Positions 40,099-51,260 of a stretch of DNA of 54,997 nt are shown in pieces. Origin of the DNA: Opitutales bacterium (GTDB taxonomy: Bacteria > Verrucomicrobiota > Verrucomicrobiia > Opitutales > UBA2987); assembly GCA_965226885.1 (NCBI GenBank), contig CBDDEL010000008.1, positions 1 through 54,997 of the forward strand, given 5' to 3'. The notes beneath the pieces were generated by a model that was not told where the DNA came from, did not search any database, and was given only the letters and a program-made list of their open reading frames with translations. Each line of letters opens with the position of its first letter. Positions within the stretch are counted from its first letter, which is position 1. The translations under genes were made by a program, and so were the position numbers.

Positions 40099-40708
40099 TC
40101 CTCCTTTCTAGGATAAGCGTACCGGTTTTAAAGCGCCCTCTTTACCGTACCGGTTTTTCCCCGGCGTTTACACGCGGGCTTTGTTGACGGTGGCGGTGGT
40201 ATCGAAAGAGATACGCGCGTCAACCTCGGTAGATACGCGGCCAGGAACGATTTTGAGGATTTCGCGGCCGAAATCGACGATCAGGTGGTCAACGATTTTG
40301 GCGGAAAGGGAGGGGCCGTGGAGCCCGTTGCCTTCATTGTCGGCGACGGCTTTTTCGAGCAGGTATTCATACTCATCCATCTGCACGGCGGCAAAAATGA
40401 GGGATGGATTGGTGGTGGCGTCCCGCGGTGCAAATTGCTTCATGGAGGCAAAATCACCGGTATCGGCCACTACGGTGGTGACTTTTTTTAGTTGCTCAAG
40501 CTGGTTTGTTCGCGCCGCTACGGCCTCTTCTAATGGATTCATTGCCTTCCTTTGTTTATTTTTTTCAAACAGCTATATATGTATGCCATTTTTGCCCCAT
40601 CTGAGGCAACACAATTCGCGCCTCGGGCATCCGCCCCTCCATTTATGGCTATCTAATTCACACCCCGATGCCCTCAAACCAAAGAATTGAACAAAATAAG
40701 GAAAGGAG

Positions 40709-40737
40709 TTGACAAGGCGGACAAGAAAACTAGCACT
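40709..40737 (+). promoter_or_regulatory. Possible sigma-70 promoter of rplM-rpsI
   Basis: Perfect TTGACA, then a weak -10 (TAGCACT) 16-17 bp later, ~20 bp before the ATG. Confidence 0.35.
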
Positions 40738-40758
40738 TACCCTTCTTTTTTTTAAACC

Positions 40759-41187
40759 ATGAAAAGTTATCTGGCAAAAACTGGCGATATCGAGCGCACT
40801 TGGCATGTGGTGGACGCCACCGACAAAGTGCTCGGTAAACTCGCCGTCAAAGTCTCCAACATTCTGCGAGGTCGCCACAAACCGACCTACACCCCGCATG
40901 TCGATACGGGGGACTTCGTCATCATCATAAACGCCAACAAAGTGGTCTTGACCGGGAAAAAGGACGAACAGAAAACCTACATGTTTTACAGCGGTTGGAT
41001 GGGCAATGAAAAGTACCGCACGGTTGAGGAAATGCGCGAAAACAAGCCCGCCTTTATCATTGAGCACGCCGTTAAAGGGATGCTGCCCAAAAACCGCCTG
41101 GCCCGGCAGATGCTCAAGAAATTAAAAATTTTTCCCGGCCCTGAGCACACCCATGAGGCTCAAAAACCGATTCCGCTCAGTCTTTAA
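40759..41187 (+). CDS. rplM: 50S ribosomal protein L13
   Basis: WHVVDA, LRGRHKPTYTPHVDTGD, VKGMLPKNRL. Confidence 0.98.
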   Translation: MKSYLAKTGDIERTWHVVDATDKVLGKLAVKVSNILRGRHKPTYTPHVDTGDFVIIINANKVVLTGKKDEQKTYMFYSGWMGNEKYRTVEEMRENKPAFIIEHAVKGMLPKNRLARQMLKKLKIFPGPEHTHEAQKPIPLSL

Positions 41188-41269
41188 AATTTAGCCTCCC
41201 TCTTAATTTTTTGTTGGCCAAACCGATTTCCATTCACTTTATTGCCGATTCCATTTCATTTTTCTAAAA

Positions 41270-41677
41270 ATGTCCGCCAAAGCTAAAATAGATTTTATCC
41301 GGGCCACCGGCCGCCGCAAAACGGCTACCGCAAGCATTCGCCTGTACCCCGGCGGCAAGGGCAAAATTACCGTCAACGGCAAACCCTTGACTGAATACTG
41401 CTACCACGATGGTCTTTCCAGGACCGCGGTCTCCCCACTGGGGACGGTCGAGGGCGAAGAAAAGTTCGACGCCATTGTCACTGTCAGCGGCGGCGGCCCC
41501 AATGGACAGGCCGGAGCGATCCGCCACAGCCTTGCCCGGGCACTCGAAAAACACGACCCGGAAACCAGAATTGTACTCAAAAAAGCCGGTCATCTCAAAC
41601 GCGATCCACGCCAGAAAGAGCGCAAAAAACCCGGTCAGCCGGGCGCCAGAAAGAGATTCCAGTTTTCCAAACGATAA
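41270..41677 (+). CDS. rpsI: 30S ribosomal protein S9
   Basis: TGRRKTA, GGGPNGQAGAIRH, ERKKPG...QFSKR. Confidence 0.98.
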   Translation: MSAKAKIDFIRATGRRKTATASIRLYPGGKGKITVNGKPLTEYCYHDGLSRTAVSPLGTVEGEEKFDAIVTVSGGGPNGQAGAIRHSLARALEKHDPETRIVLKKAGHLKRDPRQKERKKPGQPGARKRFQFSKR

Positions 41678-41722
41678 CATCCCCATCACGGGCGTTCTCC
41701 TGTCCTTATTTCATTTTCAGAG

Positions 41723-41762
41723 AAACCCTCCCGGACGCGGATGTCCTGGAGGGTTTTTCTTT
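41723..41762 (+). terminator. Rho-independent terminator after rpsI
   Basis: Hairpin AAACCCTCC-CGGAC...GTCC-TGGAGGGTTT followed by TTCTTT. Confidence 0.8.
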
Positions 41763-41852
41763 GCCCAAAAAGCTCCAACGCACGAATCTGAATCAAAACC
41801 TTTCTTTTTTGCCAAAACCAACATTTACCAACAATTTTAATAATCCGAACTC

Positions 41853-42878
41853 ATGAAAACAGCAATAGTAGGCGCATCCGGATATACCGGGGAAACCCTT
41901 CTCCGGCTCTTGGCCGCACATCCGCAAGCTAAACTGGCGGCCGTCACCTCGCGTACCCTGGCCGGTCAACCAGTGGAAGAAACCCACCCTGCCCTGCGCG
42001 GACGGCTGGTAGACCTTTGCTTCTGCCCGTCGGAGCCGGAAAATCTGGCCGCTCGTGAAGATATCGACTTGGTATTCCTGGCCCTTCCTCATGGCGCCGC
42101 GGCAACTTTTGCCCGCCCTCTGGTGGATGCGGGGAAAAAGGTAATCGACCTGAGTGCCGACTTCCGTCTGGGATCCCCGGAGCTTTATGAAGACTATTAC
42201 GGCCAGCAGCATCCCGACCCGGCATTGCTCAAGCGTGCCGCCTATGTCATCCCTGAAATCTCGCCGCCAGGCTGGGAAAAGGCGGACCTGATGGCCTCTC
42301 CGGGCTGTTACCCGACCAGCATTCTCATGCCCCTGCTGCCACTGCTCAGGGAAAAGATTTTCAGCGGCAAAGGTATCGTCATCAACAGCATGAGCGGGAT
42401 CAGCGGCGCCGGTAAGAAGGCCGACCTATTTTACAGTTTTACTGAACGGCAGGAGAGCGTGGTGGCCTACGGACTTCCCCGGCACCGCCACCTATCGGAG
42501 ATCGAGGAGCAATTGTCGAGTGCGGCGGGTTCATCGGTCATCGTCCAGTTCAACCCGCACCTGGTCCCCATGAAAGCCGGAATCGCCACCACCATAACAG
42601 TTCCGGGGGACGCAAACACCATCGAAGATATCTACCGCGTGTGGGAAATAATTTACGGCCAAAGCCACTTCGCAACCCTCCTTCCAACCGGCGCATTTCC
42701 CAATACGGCACATGTTCGTGGGACCAACAGGATTGAAATTTCCGCCGTTCACGATCCCAGGACGGGAAATTTCGTCCTCACTTCGGCCATCGACAACCTC
42801 ATCAAAGGAGCAGCCGGACAGGCCGTTCAAATCATGAACTTGATGTGCGGTTTTCCCGAAACCGCAGGACTGGTATAA
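41853..42878 (+). CDS. argC: N-acetyl-gamma-glutamyl-phosphate reductase
   Basis: GASGYTG, LALPHG, DLSADFRL, PGCYPT, DNLIKGAAGQA. Confidence 0.97.
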   Translation: MKTAIVGASGYTGETLLRLLAAHPQAKLAAVTSRTLAGQPVEETHPALRGRLVDLCFCPSEPENLAAREDIDLVFLALPHGAAATFARPLVDAGKKVIDLSADFRLGSPELYEDYYGQQHPDPALLKRAAYVIPEISPPGWEKADLMASPGCYPTSILMPLLPLLREKIFSGKGIVINSMSGISGAGKKADLFYSFTERQESVVAYGLPRHRHLSEIEEQLSSAAGSSVIVQFNPHLVPMKAGIATTITVPGDANTIEDIYRVWEIIYGQSHFATLLPTGAFPNTAHVRGTNRIEISAVHDPRTGNFVLTSAIDNLIKGAAGQAVQIMNLMCGFPETAGLV

Positions 42879-42891
42879 ATCCATTTTATCC

Positions 42892-44148
42892 ATGACCCAT
42901 AACAAATTTACGATAGAAACGGGCGTCGCCGGAATAACCGATGTGCCGGGGTTTGAAGCCGCCGGGGTCGCCTGCGGAATCCGCGGACCGCTTGATGGGC
43001 GGCTCGATTTGGCTCTCATCTACTCACCTCATGCCTGCAACGCAGCCGGCGTTTTCACTCAGAATGATGTCAAAGCGGCCCCGGTGCGCCTCGACCTGGA
43101 TATTTTGAAAACGCAGAAGCAATTTCACGGAGTCGTGGTCAACAGCGGCAACGCCAATTGCTGCACCGGCCCCCAAGGCAAAGCCGATGCGCAGTCCATG
43201 GCCCGTCTGGCTGCCGAGCCGTTCGGCCTTCCCCCAGAATCCATGCTGGTCTGCTCGACCGGCCATATCGGTGAAACTCTCCCTATGGACAGGGTGGAGA
43301 AAGGTATCGCGGAAGCAGCCACCAACTTGTCCGGTAGCCAGGATAACGGACGCCAGGCGGCCCAGGCCATTCGCACCAGCGACACTATTTCAAAAACCGT
43401 AACCGCCCGCTTTCAATGGCAAGACGAGACCGTCACCCTGGCCGCAATGGCCAAAGGGGCCGGCATGATCCAGCCTAACATGGCCACCATGCTCGCTTTC
43501 ATCGCCACGGATGCGCGGGTGGACCGTGCGCTTTTGCGAAAAACACTCAAAGAAGGTGTCAGGGAATCCTTCAACCGCATAACGGTCGATGGTGACATGA
43601 GCACCAACGACACCGTGCTGTTGCTGGCAAACGGGGCCTCCGGTGTTAAAATATCGAACAAAAACCCGCAACTGATCGAATTTTTTCAAAAGGCCCTCGA
43701 CGCCCTTTGCCTGGAACTGGCCCTCATGATCGTAGGAGACGGGGAGAAAATCTCCAAGGTGGTGGAAATCTGCATCGACGGCGCGCACTCCCACCGCAAA
43801 GCGGAAAAAGTGGCCCGGGCAGTGGCCAACTCCCTCCTCGTGAAAACCTCCTGGGCCGGCAACGACCCCAACTGGGGCCGCATCATGGATGCCGCCGGTT
43901 ACGCCGGATCTGGACTGGAGGAAGAGAAAATCGACCTCTCCTACAGCAAATTCCGGGATCGCAGCGAAAAGCCTGTGGCCGTTCTGGAAAAAGGAACGCC
44001 GCTCCCGGTCAACAAAAAAGAATGGATTGAGCAGGTCAGCCAACCTCGATTTCAAATTAACCTCAACCTCAACCAGGGAAAAGGCCGCTGTCGCCTTTTT
44101 TCCACCGATCTCACGGATAAATATGTCAATTTCAACAAAACCGAGTAA
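42892..44148 (+). CDS. argJ: Glutamate N-acetyltransferase (ornithine acetyltransferase)
   Basis: NSGNAN, KGAGMIQPNMATML, DGDMSTND, DPNWGRI. Confidence 0.97.
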   Translation: MTHNKFTIETGVAGITDVPGFEAAGVACGIRGPLDGRLDLALIYSPHACNAAGVFTQNDVKAAPVRLDLDILKTQKQFHGVVVNSGNANCCTGPQGKADAQSMARLAAEPFGLPPESMLVCSTGHIGETLPMDRVEKGIAEAATNLSGSQDNGRQAAQAIRTSDTISKTVTARFQWQDETVTLAAMAKGAGMIQPNMATMLAFIATDARVDRALLRKTLKEGVRESFNRITVDGDMSTNDTVLLLANGASGVKISNKNPQLIEFFQKALDALCLELALMIVGDGEKISKVVEICIDGAHSHRKAEKVARAVANSLLVKTSWAGNDPNWGRIMDAAGYAGSGLEEEKIDLSYSKFRDRSEKPVAVLEKGTPLPVNKKEWIEQVSQPRFQINLNLNQGKGRCRLFSTDLTDKYVNFNKTE

Positions 44149-45034
44149 CGGGTTGGACATCGACGAGGTGACCAAGGCCCGGGTGCTTCTCGAGGCCCTG
44201 CCCTACATCCAGCGCTTCAAAGGCTCCATCTTCGTGGTCAAATACGGCGGTAAATTCATGGACGACCCGGATCTTTCCCTGCGCACTCGGGTAATCACCG
44301 ACATCGTTCTGCTGGCCGCGGTGGGGATTCAAGTGGTGGTGGTCCACGGCGGCGGCCGGGCCATCAGCCGGGCGATGGAGGAAGCGGGCATTGAGGCGAC
44401 TTTTGTAAACGGCTTGCGCGTGACCGGCAAAGAGACCATTGAACTGGTGGAAAAAATCCTCAACCAGGTGATAAATCGTTACATTTGCCAACTCATCAAG
44501 GATAACGGCGGCAAATCTATGAGCCTGCCCGGCAACACCGTTTTCCAATGCGTCAAGCGGCAGGAAACGGACTCCGGCGGCCAACCGGTCGATCTGGGTT
44601 TCGTCGGTGAGGTAACATCGGTCCATACCGAATTGGTGGAGTGCGCTTTGGCCGGTGGCTACACCCCCGTTCTTTCCTCCGTTGCCCTCGACGACAAGGG
44701 CAACCCCCACAACACCAACGCCGACAGCGCGGCATCACACCTGGCCTCGGCCCTCGGTGCTCGCCGTCTCGTTTACCTCTGCGATGTCCCCGGTCTTTTG
44801 AGGGACCGCAATGACGAGAATTCCATCATTTCAACCCTGCGCATCGGCGAGGTGGAGGAACTAAAGAGATCTGGCGTCATCTCCGAAGGTATGCTTCCGA
44901 AAGTGGAGAGCGCCGCCAGCGCCATCCATAAGGGAGTGCGCCGGGTGCACTTTGTGGAAGGCGGCATGCAACACGGCTTGCTGCTGGAAATTTTTACGGA
45001 CAAAGGCATCGGCACGGAAATCGTGCAGGATTGA
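44123..45034 (+). CDS. argB: Acetylglutamate kinase
   Basis: EALPYI, VVKYGG, VHGGG, NTNAD, GMLPKV; start at 44123 inferred. Confidence 0.95.
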   Translation: MSISTKPSNGLDIDEVTKARVLLEALPYIQRFKGSIFVVKYGGKFMDDPDLSLRTRVITDIVLLAAVGIQVVVVHGGGRAISRAMEEAGIEATFVNGLRVTGKETIELVEKILNQVINRYICQLIKDNGGKSMSLPGNTVFQCVKRQETDSGGQPVDLGFVGEVTSVHTELVECALAGGYTPVLSSVALDDKGNPHNTNADSAASHLASALGARRLVYLCDVPGLLRDRNDENSIISTLRIGEVEELKRSGVISEGMLPKVESAASAIHKGVRRVHFVEGGMQHGLLLEIFTDKGIGTEIVQD

Positions 45035-45076
45035 ACAAAACCCATTTTTTAACCTTTTTCTTTCAGTCACATAACC

Positions 45077-46282
45077 ATGAATACGACCAAAATGGATTCG
45101 AAACATCTTTATGACCAACACGTACTGGGCAATTACCCGGTGGCCCCGCTAACCTTGACCAAGGGCCAGGGCTCCCGCCTGTGGGACGATGAGGGCAACG
45201 AGTATCTGGATTTCTCCACCGGAATCGCCGTCAATACCCTCGGCCACGGGCACCCTCATTGGGTCCGGAGGGTGAGCGAGCAGGCAGCCCAAATGGCCCA
45301 TTGCAGCAACCTCTACCGCAATCCCAATCAGGCCTTGTTGGCCGAAAAACTGACCTCTCTGGCCGGACCGGGCAAAGTCTTTTTCTGCACCAGCGGGGCC
45401 GAGGCAAATGAATCCCTCATCAAACTGGCCCGGCTCTTCGGCCGGGACACAACCGGGGTCGAGGGAAAACGCTACCAGGTTTTAACGGCCAAGGAATCCT
45501 TTCATGGGCGCACATTCGGCGGCATGGCGGCCACTCCACAGGACAAGATTCAAAAAGGATTCGCCCCCATGCTGGACGGTTTCGCCCACGGTGAAATTGA
45601 TAACCTAGAAAGTTTTGAGGCGCTCATCACCGATAAAACGGCCGCCATCCTCCTGGAACCCATTTTGGGAGAAGGCGGCATTTTGCCCTGCTCGGACCAG
45701 TTCCTGCGCGGCATTCGCAATCTCTGCAACCAGAGGGGCCTTATGTTGCTCCTAGACGAAGTGCAGAGCGGCTGCGGGCGCACGGGCCGTTTTTTCGCTC
45801 ACCAGCACACCGGCATCCGGCCCGATGCCATTGCCATGGCCAAAGGCTTGGGAAACGGCTTCCCCCTGGGCGCTGTCTGGGTGGACCGCAGGCACTCTAC
45901 CCTCTTCACACCCGGTTCCCATGGGAGCACTTTTGGCGGTTCCCCCCTGGCCTGCGCCGCCGCCCTGGCCACCCTGGAGGTCATGGAAAAGGAAAATTTA
46001 ATGGAAAAGGTTGCCCGTCAAGGCGCCGATTTCAAACAATCCCTGGAAAAGCTGGCCCAGCGGCATCTGGACAAAATCCGGGAGGTGCGCGGCATAGGTT
46101 TTCTGCTCGCCCTGGGCCTGGTCGGGGATCCCGGCCCGTTGCTAACTTCCTTGCGCGAAAAAGGCCTCCTGGCAGTCGGCGCCGGGCGCAACGCGGTCAG
46201 ATTTTTGCCTCCGCTCAATATCGAGGAGGCTGATCTGGAGGCCGGTCTGGAAATCATCGAATCGGCCTTGAATGAACTTTAA
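45077..46282 (+). CDS. argD: Acetylornithine aminotransferase
   Basis: SGAEANE, FHGRT, DEVQSG, AKGLGNG, HGSTFGG. Confidence 0.93.
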   Translation: MNTTKMDSKHLYDQHVLGNYPVAPLTLTKGQGSRLWDDEGNEYLDFSTGIAVNTLGHGHPHWVRRVSEQAAQMAHCSNLYRNPNQALLAEKLTSLAGPGKVFFCTSGAEANESLIKLARLFGRDTTGVEGKRYQVLTAKESFHGRTFGGMAATPQDKIQKGFAPMLDGFAHGEIDNLESFEALITDKTAAILLEPILGEGGILPCSDQFLRGIRNLCNQRGLMLLLDEVQSGCGRTGRFFAHQHTGIRPDAIAMAKGLGNGFPLGAVWVDRRHSTLFTPGSHGSTFGGSPLACAAALATLEVMEKENLMEKVARQGADFKQSLEKLAQRHLDKIREVRGIGFLLALGLVGDPGPLLTSLREKGLLAVGAGRNAVRFLPPLNIEEADLEAGLEIIESALNEL

Positions 46283-46330
46283 CGATGACTATAATAATTT
46301 TAAATTACTTATCTGGAAAGACTTACAAAA

Positions 46331-47293
46331 ATGAAACACTTCATAAAGGAAACCGATTCTTCAACCGCGAAACTGGGGGAATTGCTCACCCTGGCACATC
46401 AGTATAAACATAAAAAAACATCTGCGGCCCAAAACGCCGTATTGGCGGGACAGACTTGGGCCATGCTCTTTTTTAAAAGCAGTACACGCACCCGCGTCTC
46501 CTTCGAGGTCGGCTTGAACGACCTCGGCGGCCACGCCCTTTATTTGGCCCAGAGCACCTCCCAGCTCTCCCGTGGGGAAAGCATCGCCGATACCGCCCGA
46601 ACCCTCTCCCGTTACGTCAAAGGCATCATTATACGGACCTTCGACCACAGCGATGTGGAGGAATTCGCGCGCGCCGGTTCCATCCCGGTCATCAATGCAC
46701 TGACGGATTTTCTGCACCCCTGCCAGAGCTTCAGCGACCTCTTGACCATGGCCGAACAGTGGAACTTCGACGGCGATGGCAATCTTCTGGAATCACTCAA
46801 GGGCCGCAAAATCGCCTTTTTGGGCGACTGCAATTGCAATGTGGCCAATTCCCTCATCATGGCTGCCGGGATGGGCCAGATGCAAATCTCCCTCGGCGGC
46901 CCACAGGAATATGCCCCCACCGAAAAAATCAAAGACCTTCTGTCTGCCGATGGCTATGACCCCGATCATCAATTCACAACCGACCCGTTGGAAGTCGTCA
47001 AGGATGCCGACGTGGTTTATACCGATGTCTGGGTGAGCATGGGCGACGAGGCCGAAAAGGCTGACAGGCTTGCCAAAATGAAACCCTACTGCGTCACTGC
47101 GGAGCTCATGCAGGCAGCCAAACCGGAAGCCGTTTTCATGCATTGCCTGCCCGCCCACCCCGGCATGGAGGTTTCACCGGATGTGCTCGAAGGCCCCCAG
47201 TCGATCGTCTTCGACCAAGCGGAAAACCGGCTCCACATGCAAAAAGCCATCATGTCTCACCTGGCTAACCAAGCTGCCCCTGACAACCGTTAA
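46331..47293 (+). CDS. argF: Ornithine carbamoyltransferase
   Basis: [25 protein letters not shown]. Confidence 0.96.
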   Translation: MKHFIKETDSSTAKLGELLTLAHQYKHKKTSAAQNAVLAGQTWAMLFFKSSTRTRVSFEVGLNDLGGHALYLAQSTSQLSRGESIADTARTLSRYVKGIIIRTFDHSDVEEFARAGSIPVINALTDFLHPCQSFSDLLTMAEQWNFDGDGNLLESLKGRKIAFLGDCNCNVANSLIMAAGMGQMQISLGGPQEYAPTEKIKDLLSADGYDPDHQFTTDPLEVVKDADVVYTDVWVSMGDEAEKADRLAKMKPYCVTAELMQAAKPEAVFMHCLPAHPGMEVSPDVLEGPQSIVFDQAENRLHMQKAIMSHLANQAAPDNR

Positions 47294-47313
47294 CTCTTGA
47301 GGAGATTATAGCC

Positions 47314-48576
47314 ATGAAAATTGTATTAGCTTATTCTGGGGGTCTGGACACCTCTGTCTTGGTTCGCTGGCTGAAGGATAACTACAACGCCGAGGTCGTT
47401 ACTTTTGCCGCCGATATCGGCCAGGAGGAAGAACTCGACGGACTTGAAGAAAAAGCCAAAGCCACTGGCGCTTCGGCCCATTACACGGTCGAGTTGGTGG
47501 AGGAATACGCCAGAGACTTCATTTATCCCATGGCCCGGGCCAACGCCGTTTACGAAGGGCAGTATTACCTCGGCACCTCCATCGCCAGGCCGCTCATCGC
47601 CAAGGCCCAGATCGAAATTGCCCGCCGGGAAAATGCCGACACCCTTTCCCACGGCGCCACCGGCAAGGGCAACGATCAATGCCGTTTCGAGCTAACCTAC
47701 GCCGCCCTCGCCCCGGATTTGCGGGTCATCGCCCCCTGGCGGCTGGATCATTTCAGGAAAACCTTCCCCGGCCGCAGCGAAATGATCGACTATTGCCGCC
47801 AGCAAGGCATCGACGTGGAAGCCTCCGCCGACAAACCGTATTCGATGGACCGCAACCTCCTCCACATCTCCTACGAAGCCGGCATTCTTGAAGACCCCTG
47901 GTTCGACCCCACGACCCCGGAAAACAAAGGCATGTTCAAGCTCACCAACGCTCCCGAAGATGCGCCAGACGAAGCCCAATACGTCGAACTCGATTTCGAA
48001 AATGGCGATTGCGTGGCCGTTGACGGCGTGGCCATGACGCCCCTTGAAATCATGCGCAAACTCAACCAACTGGGCGGCAAACACGCCATCGGGCGGGTGG
48101 ACCTGGTGGAAAACCGCTTCGTTGGCATGAAAAGCCGCGGCATCTACGAAACCCCCGGAGGCACCATCCTCATCCACGCCCACCGCCAGATGGAAAGCCT
48201 CACCATGGACCGCGACCTCATGCACCTGCGCGACGGCCTCATCCCCCGTTATGCCGAGATGATCTACTATGGCTTCTGGTACGCCCCCGAGCGCGAGGCA
48301 CTCCAGGCCCTCATCGACGATAGCCAAAAAACCGTCACCGGCACAGTCCGGCTCAAACTCTACAAAGGCAACCTCATCACGGTCGGTCGAAAATCCCCCC
48401 TCTCCCTCTACGACGAAAAAATCGCCTCCATGGAAAGCACCCTCAGCGACTACAACCCCAACGACGCAACAGGCTTCATCCGCCTGCAAGCCCTCCGCCT
48501 CAAAGCCCGCCACCAGCAACAAGGCCACGGCCAAGGTAACGGCCCGCTCTCACCGCCCAAACCGTCCCAAGAATAA
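47314..48576 (+). CDS. argG: Argininosuccinate synthase
   Basis: [30 protein letters not shown]. Confidence 0.97.
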   Translation: MKIVLAYSGGLDTSVLVRWLKDNYNAEVVTFAADIGQEEELDGLEEKAKATGASAHYTVELVEEYARDFIYPMARANAVYEGQYYLGTSIARPLIAKAQIEIARRENADTLSHGATGKGNDQCRFELTYAALAPDLRVIAPWRLDHFRKTFPGRSEMIDYCRQQGIDVEASADKPYSMDRNLLHISYEAGILEDPWFDPTTPENKGMFKLTNAPEDAPDEAQYVELDFENGDCVAVDGVAMTPLEIMRKLNQLGGKHAIGRVDLVENRFVGMKSRGIYETPGGTILIHAHRQMESLTMDRDLMHLRDGLIPRYAEMIYYGFWYAPEREALQALIDDSQKTVTGTVRLKLYKGNLITVGRKSPLSLYDEKIASMESTLSDYNPNDATGFIRLQALRLKARHQQQGHGQGNGPLSPPKPSQE

Positions 48577-48662
48577 AACTTGCCAGCGAACACCTATTTT
48601 AAAAGATAGGAGCCGCATACCTTATAAATACAAACACCTAAACCTATAGCAAAACACCGCAC

Positions 48663-48749
48663 GCCCGGATGGCGGAATTGGCAGACGCGCTGGATTCAAA
48701 ATCCAGTTCCCGCAAGGGAGTGAGGGTTCGACCCCCTCTCCGGGCACCA
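48663..48749 (+). tRNA. tRNA-Leu (anticodon CAA)
   Basis: GCCCGGA acceptor stem, CTGGA-TTCAAAA-TCCAG anticodon arm, long variable arm, GGTTCGA T-loop, encoded CCA. Confidence 0.96.
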
Positions 48750-48846
48750 TACTTGTTTCGTTGATATTCAACGATCTTTTATATTAAAGACTTGAGAATA
48801 AAATAGAGCCAAGGCGAATGGAAACGAAGCAAATACCCCCTAAATA

Positions 48847-50671
48847 GAGGCTGTCCCAAAAATATAAAGATTTTATAGTCAACTGGATGACGTTGATAAA
48901 AAGAGCCGGAAAGAGCAAGTTTTTGCTCGATCCGGCCAAAAAAGGGTTCTATAATTGAGTTAGCGAAAATCAATATAGCCCTTTCTATGAAAAATATAGC
49001 CATCCAATGCCTCCTGCGTCCAGCTTTAACTGTGGTCGACCGGTGCCTCGATTACGATAACTTCCGCGCCACCATTGATCGAATCGATCGGCTGCTGATC
49101 GACTCGGAGGTGGAATCGCAGGCCATTGAGCTGGCCTTGGAGGGGTGGCCGCCAATGGGTCTAAAGGCCCGGCGGCAGCGGGCCAGTTTTGCCATCAAGG
49201 CACTGCGCATGGATACGCTGGGCCGTCTGCTCGGAGGGATTTCGTTTCGGCATTTGTCGCGGGCTCTGGGCAGCAGCGATCTGTTGGCCGACTTTTGCCG
49301 TGTCCGGCAGATCGATGGCATCAGGGGCATCTCCAAAAGCACCCTGGAGCGGGCCTCGAAGTTTTTCAGCGAAGAGCAGTTGAGGGCCTTGCACCGGACC
49401 TTGACTGAGGTGGTGGGCGATGCCCTTCTGGCCCGGCAGGTGGGATTGGACAAGCCGATTGACATCACCATTTGCCTGATCGACGGCACCTGTTTGGAGG
49501 CTAACATTCATTGGCCGACGGACTGGGTATTACTCAAGGATGTAGCCGGCACGTTGCTCAAAGCGATCCGGCTGATCCGCGAGAAGGCCGGTTTGCGCCA
49601 TCGCATGCCGATCGAACCGGAGCCCTTGGCTCGGCAGATGAATCGGCTGTGCATACAGATGACCCACAGCCGGCGGCGAAAGGACAGCGCGCGGCAGCGC
49701 AAGGGTATCTTGAGGCAGATGAAAAAGCTGCTCAAACGGATCGGGGAGCATGCCCGCAGTCACCGGGAATTATTGCAAGCCTGCTGGGAGCAAAGCGATT
49801 ACAGCGAAAAACAGGTCCAACAGATCCTCGCCCGGATGGAGCGCATGAGCGAGCAAATCCCGGTGGTCATCAAACAGGCGCACGAGCGGATCATTGGCGG
49901 CCGCCAGGTGAAAAACGCAGAGAAAGTCTTGAGTGTTTACGAACTCGATGGGCAGGTGATTGTGCGAGGTAAAGCGGGCCAAGAGGTCGAGTTCGGCAAC
50001 ACCCTGTTTTTGGGAGAAAGCGTTGAAGGGTACCTGCTGGACTGGAAACTCTACGGCAGCCGAACTCCAAGCGAAAATGAACAAATGCAAGAGAGTTTGC
50101 AAAGACAGAACCGCTTCAACCTGGAAGAACCCATAGCGGCCATGTGCGCGGACCGGGGATTTGCCTCCCAGCGGGCCCGCCGGCAGTTAGCCCAGGAGGG
50201 AATCTACGACGCGCTCTGTCCACGCGATCCGAAGCAGTTGAAAAAACGGATGGAGGAACCACTGTTCAGACAATTGCAAAAGCGCCGGGCCAGCACCGAA
50301 GGGCGGATCGGGGGATCGGGGTATTGAAGAATCGCTGGCAGGCCGGGCGGTTGCGCAGCAAAGGCTTTGCCAACCGCTCGATCAGCGTAGCCTGGTCGGT
50401 ACTCTCGCACAACCTATGGAAAGTAGCCAAGATGCTGGCCCAGCAAGACGAACTAAAAACCAAAGCGGCGGCCTAGAGAGCGGAAAAGCAAGGACAATAC
50501 TTTTTCACAGCCGTACTGTCGGCTCATACAAAGAAAACCAGGCAACCGGACCCCAAAACCAGTATCCTAACGTCATAGGAGAGCAAAGTTTATACTCTCC
50601 CAAATGCAAATACCTCTAAAATGAGCGCCTATCAAAAGCCCTCGCAAAAATCACCCTTTTGGGACAGCCTC
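48847..50671 (+). mobile_element. IS5-like copy B; transposase 48987-50476 frameshifted by an 8-bp duplication
   Basis: IRs GAGGCTGTCCCAAAA; 6-bp TSD TAAATA; GGATCGGG x2 at 50305-50320. Confidence 0.92.
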
Positions 50672-51260
50672 TAAATAATACTCAGAAATTGAAATAGAAA
50701 GAGAGGGGGTCCTCCACCTTCATTTGATTTTATCTCCAAGCCTGCGAGCTGGAATGTGCTTTAAAGAGTTCTCCATTTCAGCGAGGAAAATAAATTAGAG
50801 CCTTCCATTGATTACACAGATTCCATCCTTCTTGTCGAGTTTTGTAACCTTCTAAAATAATTGCCATTCTTCTGAACCAGATCCATGTAACAGCCTTGCT
50901 CTAAAACCTTCCCTTTTTGCATGACAATTATCCATGAGTTCTGCGACAAGAGGGACATCCGATGGGTTACCGTTACAAGTGTTCGTTTCTGGCTGAACTC
51001 TCGCAAAGCTGTCATAATACGTGCCTCGGTCTCCGGATCCAAAGCCGAGGTTGCCTCATCCAATATAATGATTTCAGGGTTGCGGAGGAAAACACGCATC
51101 AAAGCGAGTCGCTGCCTCTCCCCCGCAGACAAGTGTTTTCCGCCTGCACCTATGGGTTCGTCAAACCCATTTTCGAAGTTTTGAATAAATTCTAAAGCCT
51201 CTGATTGGCGTGCGGCCCGTTCAAGATGTTCTCCGGTAACTCCGTCGAGGCCGTAAGTAA

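Larger units (their letters stand above)
37656..40172 (-). mobile_element. IS21-family insertion sequence
   Basis: IRs TGTAAACGCCGGG..AAACCGGTAC with internal AAACCGGTACG repeats; 6-bp TSD CGCGGG. Confidence 0.96.
37024..40542 (-). pseudogene. tal: Transaldolase interrupted by IS21
   Basis: [25 protein letters not shown] | [24 protein letters not shown]. Removing the IS restores VNKARELIG in frame. Confidence 0.95.

Noticed and set aside
3853..50671. Inversions between oppositely oriented IS pairs (IS3 A/B, IS5-like A/B, IS1380 A/B)
   Set aside because: TSDs are not swapped: at least one member of each pair keeps its own matching duplication.
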